Below the pieces are notes generated by a model. The model saw only the letters and a program-made list of their open reading frames with translations. It was not told the origin of the DNA and did not search any database. From positions 142,414,001 through 142,478,000 of the forward strand of contig OZ038378.1 in NCBI GenBank assembly GCA_964036045.1: DNA of 64,000 bases. The letters are read 5' to 3'. Positions 12,001-26,000 of this stretch are shown piece after piece. A program made the position numbers and the translations under genes. Source of the stretch: Eutreptiella sp. 'Long Island Sound 2002'. Taxonomy: Eukaryota > Protista > Euglenida. Position 1 is the first letter of the stretch, and every line of letters starts with the position of its first letter.

Positions 12001-15000
12001 CCGATGCAGCCAAGCTCCTCCACCACCCAAGTACACCCCATCTCAGACCTGCATGTTAGGCTTCACTGCTCACGCCAGCTGCTATATGATGTGTGCTTGT
12101 AGATTGTAGATTAGTGGTAAGTGGTCAAGCTTTCATGTCTGCTCCACCTTGGCAGTGTTTGGCACTAGACAAGGCTCGGGTCCAAAGGGGGCGATGTCAG
12201 TGCGGGTTTGCAAGCCTGAGGCGATGCATTTCGGGTGCTTTGTCACATGTACGTTCCAAGTTGTGCAATGTTGGTCCTGTAACGGAAAGTTTGCTGCAAT
12301 GGCAAATGCAAAAAAAAAACGATTGTAAAGGTGAGTACAGGGCACTTGGAACCTGGCCAAAAATTCATGGACAAGCTGACCGAGCACGTTAAAAAGACCC
12401 TCCATGAGGACTCGTATCGGAACGCAATTCTTGCTTAGAAAGCCTAAGTCATCACACGTGAAGTTCCTTGCAACCTCCCTCTTTTCTAGTATCACACATG
12501 GAAATAAATCATGCATGAGTGATGATATTTTGGACCGCTAGAACGATATCACGCATGCATTTGCCCTCCTCAACTGGATAACAAGGCAAAACATGGGTCG
12601 TAACGAGAACCTTCAGATGTAGCCATATATAAGCCAAGAAAGCAACCATTGATAGCTGATTTGCCAGCAGCCTAGTAAGCTTTCGGCAGGGTGGAAATGA
12701 TTTTTACTTGGAGTGGTATTGGTGTGCAATACTATTTTGACCACCTCCTTTTTCTAATTTCTTTTCGTCATGTGTGGTTGGGGTGTACTTGCCTTTGTCA
12801 CCGGGCTAATGGAGGCACATTCCTAGGATGAACTTATCGTTGAGCATGTGTTTTAGGGTGAAGGCCAAGCCCAAGCCTGATCGCAGTGCGGTTGGTCCTC
12901 AACACACGGACCAATTCATGCATTCGAGCAATTTGATTTGTTTGCAGGACAAGATGACACACAAGGGGTTGCAAGAGTCATAGCGCGTACAGTTTTGGAC
13001 AGTTTTGTCGTATTTGTGTGAGAAAGCTACGCTCTATGGAACATGATGGACTTGCCCGCATTTAGTTTTGCTTGTGCCGCATGCATGGAAAACACTTTGT
13101 AGAATACGACCATTCCGGTGGATCTCTTGCAGAAATACCAGCACTGGCTCACACAATCCGGTGGGCTAGGAGCAAGTAAAGGGGTGGGTTTAACGGAGAT
13201 GTTGGATAGTCTGGTGGATCTGGACAATTTGTCCAACGGCTACATAAGTCATGCCTTCTTTGGGTGCCCGAAGTGGGGAGAAATCAGCGGGAGGTGGGCG
13301 TTGATTGGATTCATATATTTCTCCCGTGCGCGATGTGCCCAAGTGTGATGGGAAATAAAGTAGCCCAAGTATTGAAGCATCGGGCACGGCCCTATGTTAG
13401 TAGCGCCATGCGTCTGCACTTGTTCACGCGCTATCCAGGGGTCGAGTTTTCGCTGTGTTGACCCGAAAGCCAAGGGTGTCGCTCGGAGAGGAGACCCGTT
13501 CCTACACAACCATCATTGTTGCATATGCGCGACAAATGCCATATTGTTAGGGTAGATGAGGAAGTGTTTTTCGCTAACTTCGCCCCTATCCTACTTCACA
13601 CACAATGAGAATGAATACATTTGAAGTCTATTTTCCGAAGCAGGCAACTACCAATGAGGCATACTCCAACAATGCAAATGAAGAGTATCGGTGTCCCTAT
13701 GTGCAGACTGCCTGGGTGGGCAGGTAGGCCCATTGCGCGTTTGTAGGGTACTAAACAAATTACACCAAATTACAACATGTAACATGGTTCAATGCAACCT
13801 GTCAGTCTATCATATTATGCACACTATCGCACGAGTTGCAGTTCTCACTGATTTTGAAGATTACCGGTGCTTTGATGCCGCTTTCCCCCTTTGGGTCACG
13901 GCGCCATGATCCTCCCTCCAGGTGAAAATTCAAAAATGCCATATCCCTGATTCGGAAGAATTCTCAAAACCTACTCTCAAACAACAATGATGCCCCCCAA
14001 GTATCAAAGTATGGGTCTCGAGTACGACCACACGCCCAAATAGTTGCACTGCACTTGTACGACGCGTGCACTGCGCTACGTCCGCCCCCTTGGGGTCCCC
14101 ATGCTGCGGAGAAATGAATGAGGCTATAGTAACCATGCCGTCTCAGTGTACCCGGGGAAAACATCATTACGGTTCAAGAAACCATGCCAATTGGGGCCCC
14201 CTAATTGGGGAGAATGAAATAAGCATACATAACCCCTTCACCCCCTCAAGGTCTCAAGTCTCCCCATAGTTTCACCCATTTGCACCTTTTTTTCACACTG
14301 TTGTGCTCATTTCCACCACACTCTTTACTAGGTTGGTTTCTCCCCACCATGGGACCCCGAGAGGGCAGAGGTGATGTATCCATGTTTTTTTCCCCCCATC
14401 ACGGGGAACCCGAGCAGGCACGGCTGATGTCGGACCTCACCATCATGATCAAGGCCGAGGGACAATCCCGCATCCTCACCAAGTGTTGTATCACAACCAA
14501 GTACAACAATCGAAGGTGACCTCACAGGCTTGATCAACGCCAAGGATCCTCACTGCTATATGTAGCCAAGACGTACTATGCCCTCATCTAGAGACGGTCG
14601 GCAGCGGGGCTACACTAGACGGCCACACCCAGCACCCCTAGGTCCATCATCCCACCCCCATTCGTGGAAGATGGACCACCTCCCGTTCCCACTGGAGGAG
14701 GCGTCCCGGGTCTATAGTTGGACATGCTCCTGAGGCAGGGGTGGAATAAGGGCTTTTGGAAGGGGTGTGCTTGGGGACTCTTCAAGGGGAACTTGGTACA
14801 GAAAGTAGCGCCTAGTGCGCGCACGGTGTGTGCGTAGTGCAAGGGCACCCCCCAAGAAGGCAAGGTTTACATAGCCATAATTGCCTCCCCATGTTAATCA
14901 CCTCTCCAAGGCATCTTTTATGCAGCCTCATTGATTTCTCCCCACTACGAGGAACTAGAGAAGGCAGGGGTGATGTAGGCATGTGGATTTCTCCGCAACT

Positions 15001-17160
15001 TGGGGACCTTAAAACACGTGGTTCCCCGAGCCATCTCGCTTTCTCCTCACCACGGGGAACCTGACAAGGCCGCATTTTCTCATATTGTTTGCTCCACACT
15101 CCGCGTCACCATACTTTATGTAGCCATGTTCATATCCCCCCACTTTGGGGACTGTAAAAACGAAGGGGGTAGGACGCCATGTTGGTTCACTATGTGGAAA
15201 AAAACTAGTCGCGCAATCACTCCGATTTGTTCACGCCATTGTGATGCTGAGGGAGAGCCTCAAGCGCAGTGCGCGCGCAGTGCAACTATTTGGGCGGCTG
15301 CCCGTACTAGTGACCCATACTTTGAGATACTAGGGGCCCCTAGGGGCATCATGGTGACCCCTAGCGGAGGTTTTGCAAGGTGTAGCACGTTTGGGTCAAG
15401 GCATGGCAAGGCGTAGCATGGTTGTGTCAAGGCATGGCAAGGCGCAATGCTCGTGTGCACACATTGATCTATCGTGCTTGCACATATGCTACAGGTTTTC
15501 ATACCCCCCTCCGCCTTTCTTAGAAACACTTTCTTCATGGATCTGAGTCTTGGCGATCGGGTGTTCTACACCCCTCCAACGGCGTGCGAGTTCGTGCCAC
15601 GGTGGTTGGAATGGCGGGAGGTGGGCCCATCCACTTGGAGTACTACCAAGATGCACTACGGGTGGTGAATCGCCAGCAAGATGGAGTCCATGTGTACTCA
15701 GTAGACAATGGAACAGAAAGACAATTCTGTTTTCTTGAGGGTGGCGACCAATGCGCTGTTCATGGCTTTTCCAGTTGTGCATGATGTGTGTTATGTGAAG
15801 GGAAGGTAGTTTGCAACTTTCTTGAGCTGGGGCTGTTTGGGTAACCTAATTCTAAGGGCGTTTCCAAGGGGTTTGCTTGGGGGCTCTTCGGGGGGAACAT
15901 AGTCTAAAAGTAGCGCGCAGTGCGCGCGCAATTCAAAGATTCCCCCTGAGATGGCAAGGATGTAGCCTTTTCCAGAATAGAGACACAATAAAGGCAAGTG
16001 CTATGCAGCCCCGCTGTGTTCTCCGCAAAATGGGGACCCGCATAGGCATGATTTTTGTAGCCATGTTAAGTTCTCCACACCATGGGGAACCTTAGAAGTT
16101 AGGGTTTCAGTAGCTGTATTGAATCATCCCCATCAATGCAACGGCATGGTTCATGTCGTTACATTGAATTGGGGCCCACTATGGGGACTCTGATAAGGCA
16201 AGGGTAAGGCAGCCGTATTGATTGCTCCCTACTTTCCACACCGTGATAAAGCTTTTCTAACTACATTGATTCCTGCCCACGAAAGTCATGTCTCATACAG
16301 CCATCTTGACTTCTTTTCACAACGTTGTGCCCTCCGCGAACCCAAATCTTGCTTAGCTATATTGATTTGTTCCCACCTCGGGGTCCGGGATTAGACCTGC
16401 TTTGTGTAGCCATACGGATCCCTTGTCACTTTTGGGGACCCTGAGAAGGCATGGTTTGTGTAAGCACATTGATTGATCCCAACGGTCGGCAGCCCGAGAA
16501 GCCACAGCGGGTGTGGAAAAATTGTTTTCCCCCTACAACTCGGCCCAACAAGGCAGGAGTTATGTAGCTATATTGATTTATCCCCAGCATTGGGAACTGC
16601 GTTGGCCGGAGACATGTTGCTAAATCGATTTCTACACATCACAGGGACCTTCAGAAGGCCGATGGATTCTCCTCACTATGGTGGGGACCCTGGTTAGGAA
16701 AGGGGTACATAGCCATATTGATTTGTCCTCGCCATGTGGACACCCAGAACACCCAGCTTTCTCCCGGGCCTCATAGAAGATAGGCAATATGGCTTCTTTA
16801 GTCCTGCCTTCTCGCCGTTCCCATAGTAGGGAGAGACCAATATGGCTACATAATCAAGGACTTCTCGGGGGGAAATGAATATGGATACATATCATTTGCG
16901 TTCCCTAGGTGGCGTTACGTTAATATGGCTACTGGAACCACGAGTTCTTGAAGACCTCAAAGGGGAAACACAAATATAACTGCAAAAAGCCATGGTTATC
17001 TAGGGCGGAACGTTAGCACGCCGGGCGCGCGCCGGGCATCTTTTTCGACCCGAGCCCCTCTAGTGGCCTTTTAGGGGGTGCACTAAGGGGGCGCACTTAG
17101 CACAGTGCAGCTATTTGGGCACCTGGCTGTACTAGAGACCCACACTTTGAGATACTAGGA

Positions 17161-17500
17161 GCATCATGGTGACCCCTAGCGTAGGTTTTGACTTCTGATT
17201 TTGTCTCCTTTGTTGGGGACCCCCGAGAATGCAGGGGTGACGTAGCATTTCCGCCCTCTTTTGGGCCCCAACCTTCCAGTGCTATTGAGGAAACCGAAAC
17301 AATCTTTGAATCCACGCTTTGTTGCGTGGTGCATCATGGTGAACCCCGGCGTAGGTTTTGACTTCTGATTTCCTCCCCTTTGTTGGGGACCCCCGAGAAT
17401 ACAGGGGTGACATAGCATTTCCGCCCTCTTGTGGGCCCCAACCTTCCGGTGCTATTGAGGAAACCGGGACAATCTTTGAATCCACCCTCTGTTGCGTGGC
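17161..17500 (+). repeat. Two tandem copies of a 170-bp unit
   Basis: gcatcatggt starts at 17161 and 17331, with near-identical downstream sequence. Confidence 0.9.
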
Positions 17501-17712
17501 CCCTCGAGTTGGGGTTAGGGACTCACGATCCACGCTTTGTTGTGTGGCCCCTCGAGTTGCGGTTAGGGACTCACAATCCACGCTTTTTTGCGTGGCCCCT
17601 CGTGTTGGGGTTAGGGACTCACAATCCACGCTTTGTTACGTGGCCCCTCGAGTTGGGGTTAGGGACTCACAATCCACGCTTTGTTGCGTGGCCCCTCGAG
17701 TTGGGGTCAGGG
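17479..17712 (+). repeat. ~5 tandem copies of a 48-bp minisatellite containing GGGGTTAGGG
   Basis: Unit aatccacgctttgttgcgtggcccctcgagttggggttagggactcac starts at 17479, 17527, 17575, 17623 and 17671. Confidence 0.95.
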
Positions 17713-17864
17713 CACTTTGTTGCATTTCACTCAGTTTTGCATCCGGAGGCAAGTCCGTCACCCCCCCTACGGACCATGGGAGCATGTCCCGCCTCAGGTT
17801 TCGACTGACCAAAGCAACTCGGCCGCCACGCAAGATGAGGCAAAAGATGAGGCGGAATTGTGTG

Positions 17865-17974
17865 TCTTGTGTTGCCAAAGGCGCTCCACCGTCGCAGTTT
17901 GTGATGAGTGTAAGGAGCACTATTGTAATGAATGTATTGACACCCACACTTGTGGGACCAATGTTGTTTGTTAA
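17865..17974 (+). pseudogene. Isolated Cys-rich zinc-finger fragment (B-box-like or piggyBac CRD-like)
   Basis: CVLCCQRRSTVAVCDECKEHYCNECIDTHTC, i.e. CxxC-x9-CxxC-x4-CxxC-x3-HxC. No parent ORF is recognisable. Confidence 0.45.
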
Positions 17975-20900
17975 TTACACTACAAATGACAGTTGGAGTG
18001 GTTGAAGTCACAGATCCTGCTTTATTTTCCAATGTGCTTTGTAGGGAAGGGGTGCAGTGCATTGTGGTCTACTTGGGGGGCTTCTCCATGGGAGGGTAAA
18101 TCTGGGGCTGAAGTCGGGATAGTTAATAGAAAAGTAGTGCGCCGGGCGCGCGCTGGGCAAACATTTCCTCTAGGTCCCTGCAGTTGGGAGAAATGAATTT
18201 GGGTACAAGAAACCTTGCTTATTGCGGTTCCTATAGTCCGGAGAAATGCGCAATAGTAGGTTGAAATCAATACGGCTACATAAGAACGGCTTTCCTATGA
18301 TCCTTTTGATTGACTGATTTCTAACTCCTGCCCCCTCCCCCCCCCCCCCTTGACAAGGCATCGGATATGTGGCGATATTGATTTATCCCCATAATGGGGA
18401 ACCCGACAAGGAACACCTTATGCAGTCATAGCATCTCTCCCCACTCTTGGGTACCATGAGGAAGCACGCTGTGTATTGCCACATTGATTTCACCCTTCAA
18501 AAGGCACCCTAATAAGGCAAGAATTATGTAGCAATCTTCATTTCACCCCACTATGGAGACCCGGCGAAGGCAAGACTTTTGAGCCATATTAATTTCTCCC
18601 CAATATGAGGAACCCTAGACGCCACTAAATATGCAGCCCCATTGATATCTCCCCACTATGGCGAGCCCTATGCACCCATAGTCGTTTTTGGCCACTATGG
18701 CGATCTTGAGAAGGTAGCAGTTATGCAGCCATATTGGTTTCTCCACTATTTGGGCACCGGAGAAGCTAGGGCTTATGGAGCGATATAGGTTCTTTTGCAC
18801 TATGGGATGTTGAATTCTCCTCGCCACGATGATCTTGAGAGGGCTGGGGACCCTTAGAAGTTTAGTGTTATATAACCATAATGATATCTCCCCACCCTGG
18901 GGACCCAAAGAGGAAGGCTTAAGGTAGCCATAGCAATTTCCTCCCACTATGGGAACCTTCTCAGAGCTGCATTTCTGCAGCCATATTCATTTCTTCCCAC
19001 GATGGGGACGCCGAGAAGTTGATGCGATGCAGCCATATTAGTTCCTCTCCCCTCTGGAGACCGTCACCCCGAGGAGGCAAGGTTTGTGCATGTACAGTGA
19101 CGTGTCCCCACTATGGGGACGCCGTGAAAGTAGGGATGACGTCGCCGTATTCAATTATCCCCTTTTGGGGGACCTCTATGAGGCACAATTTAAGAAGCCA
19201 TGTATATTTGTACCCACCAAGGGGGCCGTGAGAAGGTTGGTGTTATGTGGCCATATTGATGTCTCACTATTGTGCGGACCCTAACTAGCCATTTTTATGT
19301 AGCCATACCTGTTTCAAGTTATTATAGAGACCGCAAGCGGGCAGGGGTTATCCAAACATAATGATTTCTCCCCACGAAAGCACTCGTTATGTAGCCATAT
19401 TAACCCCGAGGAGGCAAGGTTTACCTAACCACATTGATTCGCCTCCACTTGGGAGACCACAGAAAGCATGGTCTATGTAGCCCTATTGGTTTCTCTTTCC
19501 CAAGGGGACCTTGAGAAGGCTGCCGTTTAGTAACCGTATTGATGTCTTCTAATTATGGTGTCGCGAGGAATCCATGGTTCATCTAGCCATATCCATTCAT
19601 CCCGACGGTGGGGACTGTAACAAGATAGGTGTTATGAACCCATGTTGCTTTCTCCCCACTATGGGGACGCCGAGAAGTTGCTATTATGTAGCCATATTGA
19701 TTCCTTCCCACTTTGGAGACCAAGACCGTGACGAAGCAAGGTATGTGCTTCTACAGTGATTTATCCGCATCATGGGGAACCCGTGAAGGCATCGGTCAAG
19801 TTGCAACATCTAATAATTTCCATTTTTTCGGGATCTCGAAAAGTCATGTAGCCATATCAAATTCTCCCCGCTATGGTGCTCAAGAGGGCATGGTATATGT
19901 AGGCATATTGAGTTATTCCCACCACAACGCTGATGAGAGGGCTTGTGTTTTAGAACCATGTTGATGTCTCCGCACTATGGGGACCTCAACAAGCCAGGTA
20001 TAGTAGATCCATAACCATTACGACTCATTATTAGTGACCCTGAGCAGTCAGTAGCTTTGCAGCCATAATGATTTCTTTGCACCATTGGACGCGTCAGACG
20101 GCACATGTTATGTAGGTATATTGACGCCCGAGAAAGCAAGGTTTATGTACTGCATCCGTGCCGAAGGCGCCATGGTTTTTGTAGCCCTGTCCATGTCTTC
20201 CACTGCGGGGACCCTGGCATGTCAAGGGTTATATAGCCAAAATGATATCTCCCCACGTTCGGGACGCCAGGAAGGCAAGAGTTATCTTGCCATATTGACT
20301 TCTCACACTGAGGGAATCCTAGGAACGCAGCGGATTATATACCCACATTCATTCCCCGCGATACGTGGACCGATCAGTTGGTGTCATGTGGTAGCATTGA
20401 TTCATCACCTCTGTGGGGACTGGGACCCCGAGGATGGAAGGTTACTGCATGTGTAGTGCAGGCGTGACGCGATTTCTCTCCACCATTGGGAAGCCACGTT
20501 ATGTAGCCATATTGACCCGGAGAATGCATGGTTTCTGTCGCCATAATGATTCTTCTCCACTTTGGAGACCACAAAAGGCATGGTTTATTGAGCCGTATTG
20601 ATCCCCCTTCCCCGTGGGATTCTCGAGAGGGTTGGTGTTCCGTACCCATACTCCTGTCTCCCCACTATAGGTACGGGATCAAGCAATGGTTTATGTCGAC
20701 CACCCCATTCTCCCTACTGTAGTCCCTTGACATGATAATTGTTCTTTAGCCACATTGATCTCTCCCCTTCATGGGGACCCCAAGAAGGCAGGGGTTATGT
20801 AGCAATATTCATGTTTCCAAACTGTGGGCCCCCCGCGAGGGCAGGGATTATGTAGCCGCATTGATTTCCCCCCAATATGGTGAACAACAAGTTGGTGGAA

Positions 20901-21869
20901 TGTAGTAGTATTGGTTTGTCACCGCTTAGGTGACTCTGAGGATGGAGGATTGGTGCATTTACAGTGATGTCGTTGTAGTGGATCGTGGAGGATGCTCAGG
21001 TTTAATCGTTGACCCCGACATCTTTTACACATTCTAGCGCCTTGAAGTGGGGTGTTGGGTCTGGTGGGGCAAGGGGTAGGCCCAAAAAACATCCCTTTCT
21101 CTGTAGCATCAAGGTGTCCACGCTATCCCCACGCCCCGTTCCGGAGCCAATGTGGCGGCCAGATTTGCGGTCGGCTTGCAGCTGCCATGCCCGTTGCCAT
21201 GTGGTAATTTCCGGCGGCACATCTTGGATGCCCCGTTCGGCCGCGCACGCACCGGTCCGCTATCGTTGCCGTCTTTGCTAGCATTTTGGAGGCTGGCTTG
21301 ATGGGTGACGGCCTCCAATAGCGTGTGTCCTGAAACCACTTGATGGCGTCGAGACTCCCATATACGCGTTGTTTGTACCAATGGCACTGCCCGTTTTAAG
21401 CGGTTGATGGCCGTGGCCTTCACATGCACCCGTGCCCCGTGCTCGAATGCAGCGACAATGATGACTCTCCACTGCCAGGAAATGAAGACGCCATGGTTTC
21501 CACTATTAAGACCTTGACAAGGTACGGGTGCATAACCATATTGATTTCTCCCCACTATGGGGACACCGAGAAGGCAGAGGATATGTAGCCATATCGTTTT
21601 CTCCCAACTACGGGGACCCCGAGAAGGCAGGGGTTATGTAGCCATATTGACTTCTTCCCATCATGGGGATCCAAGGAAGGCAAGGCTTATGTGGCCACAT
21701 TTATTTCTCCACCCTATCTTGACCCTGATGAGTTGGTGTTATGTAGCCATATTGATTCCTCACCACTCACCATACTGTATGGACCAGGAAACCACATGCC
21801 AATAGGAGGATATAAGATCACCAAGGCCACCATAGAAGGGGTAGAGGCGATGCCAAAACAGTCTTAGCT

Positions 21870-22331
21870 ATGCGTTACAAGGTAGGGGTCGCCATGCACA
21901 ACATGGCCAAGTGGTTGCAGTACACCCTGAAGTGGAGAGATTACTACCAGCAGCAGAAAAAGAAAATGTACCATCAAGATTCCAAAGGGATAGTGCAACA
22001 AGTGTTTCGCAAATGGTATAGACAAGGGCAGGTGCACATGCGACACTACAATACCCAAAATGTGATGTCACCGCAACCGGCATGGGATGCATGGGAGGAG
22101 CAGGCAAGGCAAATCTGGAGTCAGTCTACCAAAAAGATAATGGAATGCACTTACCGGAGGGTGAAGGACGAGGTCCGACAGTACATTCGAAAGCTGTTAG
22201 CAGGACACGAGTGGGCTGTAGCCATACTGCATGCAGAGGCGATCAACGCCAGCCGCAAAGGACGCCCTAGGGATGGCAATGAATCCGGTATTGACGGCAG
22301 CAGCATACACAAACGGCGTAGAACAGAGTAG
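21870..22331 (+). pseudogene. Probable C-terminal fragment of a non-LTR retrotransposon ORF2 inserted in the satellite
   Basis: A 153-aa Trp/Lys/Arg-rich ORF (IVQQVFRKWYRQ, AWDAW) typical in style of LINE ORF2 tails. No diagnostic catalytic motif. Confidence 0.35.
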
Positions 22332-25300
22332 GACAGTATGTCGCAAGAGAGAGGAGGAAAAAAGCACACAGTGAACGAGAACAGGAGTTTGCAGGGAGGA
22401 AGCACCTTGGAAGGAAAGATGAATCTATGGGTCTCAGCAATACAGGAGACTACGTGAGCTTCACCATCAACATAAGGCCGTTAGGCGTGGCACTGCGTAG
22501 TGCATATGCAAGGGGTAGACCAAGCAGGTAGTGAACAGAGACAGCTCCCCAGGTAAAGCTGGAACACATGCCAAATGTGGAGCACTCGTTTGTACTATAT
22601 GCCCTACTTCTTGAACCAGGCGGTTGCCTGAGAGCTCACATTACACTCTTTGAACTTGTTGAGCCTGAGGAAAAAAAAAGATTCCTCACCACTTTTTGGA
22701 TCGTGACACAACACCGGGTTGCGAGTGTCCGCGGAGCGCCGCGAGACACCGAAGCTCCCCAATGGTTTTCCTTTGATGTTATGCCTTTTGTTTTATGTAG
22801 GGGATCAAGGACAAGAAACAGCACAGAGAGGGGTTGGCGGACCGCAACGAAGCTAAATGTATTGATTTCTGCCCACTATGGGGACCCCGAGAAGGTAGGG
22901 GTTATGTAGCCATATTGATTTCTGCCCGCTATGGGGACGCCAAGAAGATAGGGCTTATGTAGTAGCTGCATTGATTTCTTTGTACTATGGTGACCGCGGT
23001 AAGTCGGTATTAGGTGGCCATACTTTGCCCATCGGCAGGCAAGACACTGGTTTTGTAGCCATATTGAAGAATGCTATTTCTAGGGAGCCGGATAAGGCGT
23101 GGTTTGTGTAGCCGTATTTCTTTCTCCCCAGCGGGTTCCAAGCTACTGTCAGGACTTTTGAGGGTCCCGAGAAGGCAAGGTTTGTTTAGCCACATTGACT
23201 TATTGCCATGGGATGTAGCGGTAGGTCATTATGCCCAACAGGCAAACCAATATCATACGTACACATGGTTGGCCAACCAGCCGCCCTTGAGATCTCTCCT
23301 CGTGCCCTTCATGCATTAGATGTGGCAAGGACCCATGTGTAGACCTCCGCCACGGGATCCATGTTCAATTGAGCATGCACAATGGAAGATGCAAACTTTC
23401 ACACACAAACACACACATACAGACTACAAGATGCCTTTTCGCCTCCGGACTGACTGCAGGCAGAATTCCTCGTCTCCTCTCCATCACCCTAATGCCTAGG
23501 GGCGCAATGCACAACACAAGGGCACAAGGCCCAGCTCCATGGTTGCCATGCCCAGCTTAATCGCACAATGCGTAGCTCATTGGTTTCACTGGCCCCTTCT
23601 CCTCCACTCTTCTCTCTGTCGGTGCAATGCCATGGTCTGAGGGCTCATACGGTGGTTTGTAAGCCATAAAAAGTCAGGGCTCCGTGCATGTGATGTGCCG
23701 CATGTGGCAGTTCTTTCACTACAAGGCGGCATCCATGCATAATCTCATCCTGTGGCCACTACATTCTTTTAAACGAGACCGCCGTCGATTGTTCTTTGGT
23801 GTTCCGCTGCTCACTGGTCCCGTTCTCACACAGGGCTCCAGGGCTACAGTGGCCTTGCCCCACATTTTGCCTTTTCTTTCCATTGCTAAGTCTGAACTGC
23901 TTGGTCCATCATGTGGCCTGGGGCCATGCGGTGCGCATTCCTTTCTGTTGGGCAAATCGTTAGGGCCTCCAGCTTCCGTTGCCATCTATTGGGCACTGCA
24001 AACAGCAGTCACGTCCCAGCGCCTGCGGCCCCCGACCGTGTGTGGCTTGGCACTGTAAAGTGTCCTCCCATCCCCTGGCATGCGGCGTGAAGTGTGTGTT
24101 TTGCTTGGCGATGCAAGCTGTACTCACGTCTCGAGACATCCGGCCCCTTGTGAATATTTTGCGCGGCACTTCAAACTGAATCTAGGTCCCAGGGCCGGCG
24201 GCCTCGTAATGTGTGCTATTGGGGGCTACAACGTGCAGTCATGTCCCAAGGCCTGCGGACTCCAAGCACTGTGTAGATGGGCCTTGCAATTTGCACTCAC
24301 CTCCCATGGCCTACCACCTCCAATGAGTGTGTTGCTAGGCATTGCAAACTACACTCAAGTCTCAGGGCTTGCAGCCTTCGGCTTGCAACTATGCGCTGCT
24401 CGGACCGCAAATTGTAGTCAAGCCCTAGCACCTATTATCTATGGTTATTTCCTTGTCGCGCAATTCGAACTGTAGCCACATTGTAGGGCTTGCGGCCTAC
24501 TACCAGGTAACATGGGGATTGCAAACTGCCCACGACTTGCCGCCTACAATTTGTGGGCTGCTAGCCACTTCAACGGACGCTCATGTGGTAGGGCCGCTCA
24601 GGCTGCATCGTATATTGCTCGGCACAAAATCACGGACAAGCTGCTGCCTCCGCCTACTTTTGTTGGTCACTAAATCGCGTAGAGCAAATGGCCCTCCTCC
24701 CCGTCTGCGCAGCTCCCGTGTCCACCAAATTATCACAGAGTGCTGCTTGGGAGTTTCCACTATCCTTGTTTTTCCATGTTATGACTCTTTACCGTCCCTC
24801 TTTTGGTGTCCATTATCCTCGTTGTCCCGTGCTGCCCCTTGAAACAAACCAATTTGCTCGCCTCCACCTAAGCAAAAGCCATGCACCTACGCCTCCAACA
24901 CCATTCATCGTGGTCAGTTGTTCCTCAAATCCTCCTAAGCCCGTTTTTGCTCCGTTACCGCATCCCGTTATGTCTGTTAAAAGTAGCACCAGTCAGCAGC
25001 ACCTCAAATGCAACGACCACGCACTTGACTCCACGGCACCACACAACGGGCGAACTACTAGGCTCTCTTCATGCCTTTGCCAAGGGGAAGGGCCTGACTC
25101 TCTCGCCCAAAAACGACACCCACACGGCCTCCAAGTGCTCCCATTCTTTCAACCTTGGTCCTTCGGATGCTGCTCCGAAACCCCATACCCCACCACACAA
25201 AGACTCCCAGTGAACTCATGAAGGCTAACCTTAGGTGTCACAACCGAAAGGTTGGGAGATCCATTCTCGGATGGGGCATGCCTAGAGGCGGGTAATGCGC

Positions 25301-25589
25301 AGCTATGCGTCCGTGGAGGCCGTGGAGGCCGCCTTGCTGCTAGGAGCACCAATGAGTGCGAAAGCGCCAATCCACACACAACACATGGGGCAACATGGCG
25401 ATGACGCGCTCATTGATCTATTACCATCTAGCCGGGCCGGTGGAAGCCGCCGAGCGACCACGGCACTGCTAGGATAGTCGTGGGGCAACAAGCTAGGCTC
25501 TAACCTAAAGTGCATATTGCGACAGGGCAATAGAGGGACGCACCCGTACCCGAGGCCTGCACCTTGGGGCACACCAATGGGGAATGTGG

Positions 25590-25760
25590 CCATAGAGGCG
25601 CCCTGCCCGAGTCCTAGCCCCGGACCCAAGCCGAGCCCCAGGCCCAGCTCAAGCCGGAACCCCAACCCCCGCTCCAGCCTAGGACCTAGCCCCTACGTCA
25701 GCCCCAGACCCAGCCCCTACCCCAGTCCAACACCCAACCACAACCCCTACGTGAGCCGGG
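25590..25760 (+). repeat. Degenerate CCC-rich hexamer repeat (CCCAGC/CCCTAG/CCCAAC)
   Basis: Seen directly; gives PSPSP/GLGLG low-complexity ORFs. Confidence 0.8.
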
Positions 25761-26000
25761 AGATCTAGTAAAGATGGTGAAACACTGCACCACACACATT
25801 CACATTGGGAGCTTTGACTAAAATACTTGGGGCGTCACACACACATTCATATTTCCACTAAACAGGCACAACTGTGTAACTGCTAAGATTTTTTCACATG
25901 GACGCGTACGTGTTGAAATCGACTGTTAGCTTTGCTAATTGGGGTTTTATATGTCTGTCTTATTTGTTCCAGATTGTTTTTGAAATTTTGCTTGGGGAAG

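Larger units (their letters stand above)
13250..23230. repeat. Large degenerate ~53-bp satellite with several insertions; outlying patches at ~60250-60500 and ~62440-62570
   Basis: Approximate consensus TATGTAGCCATATTGATTTCTCCCCACTATGGGGACCCCGAGAAGGCAAGGTT. The 53-bp period was measured at 21536/21589/21642/21695. Reverse orientation before ~14240, forward afterwards. Confidence 0.88.
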
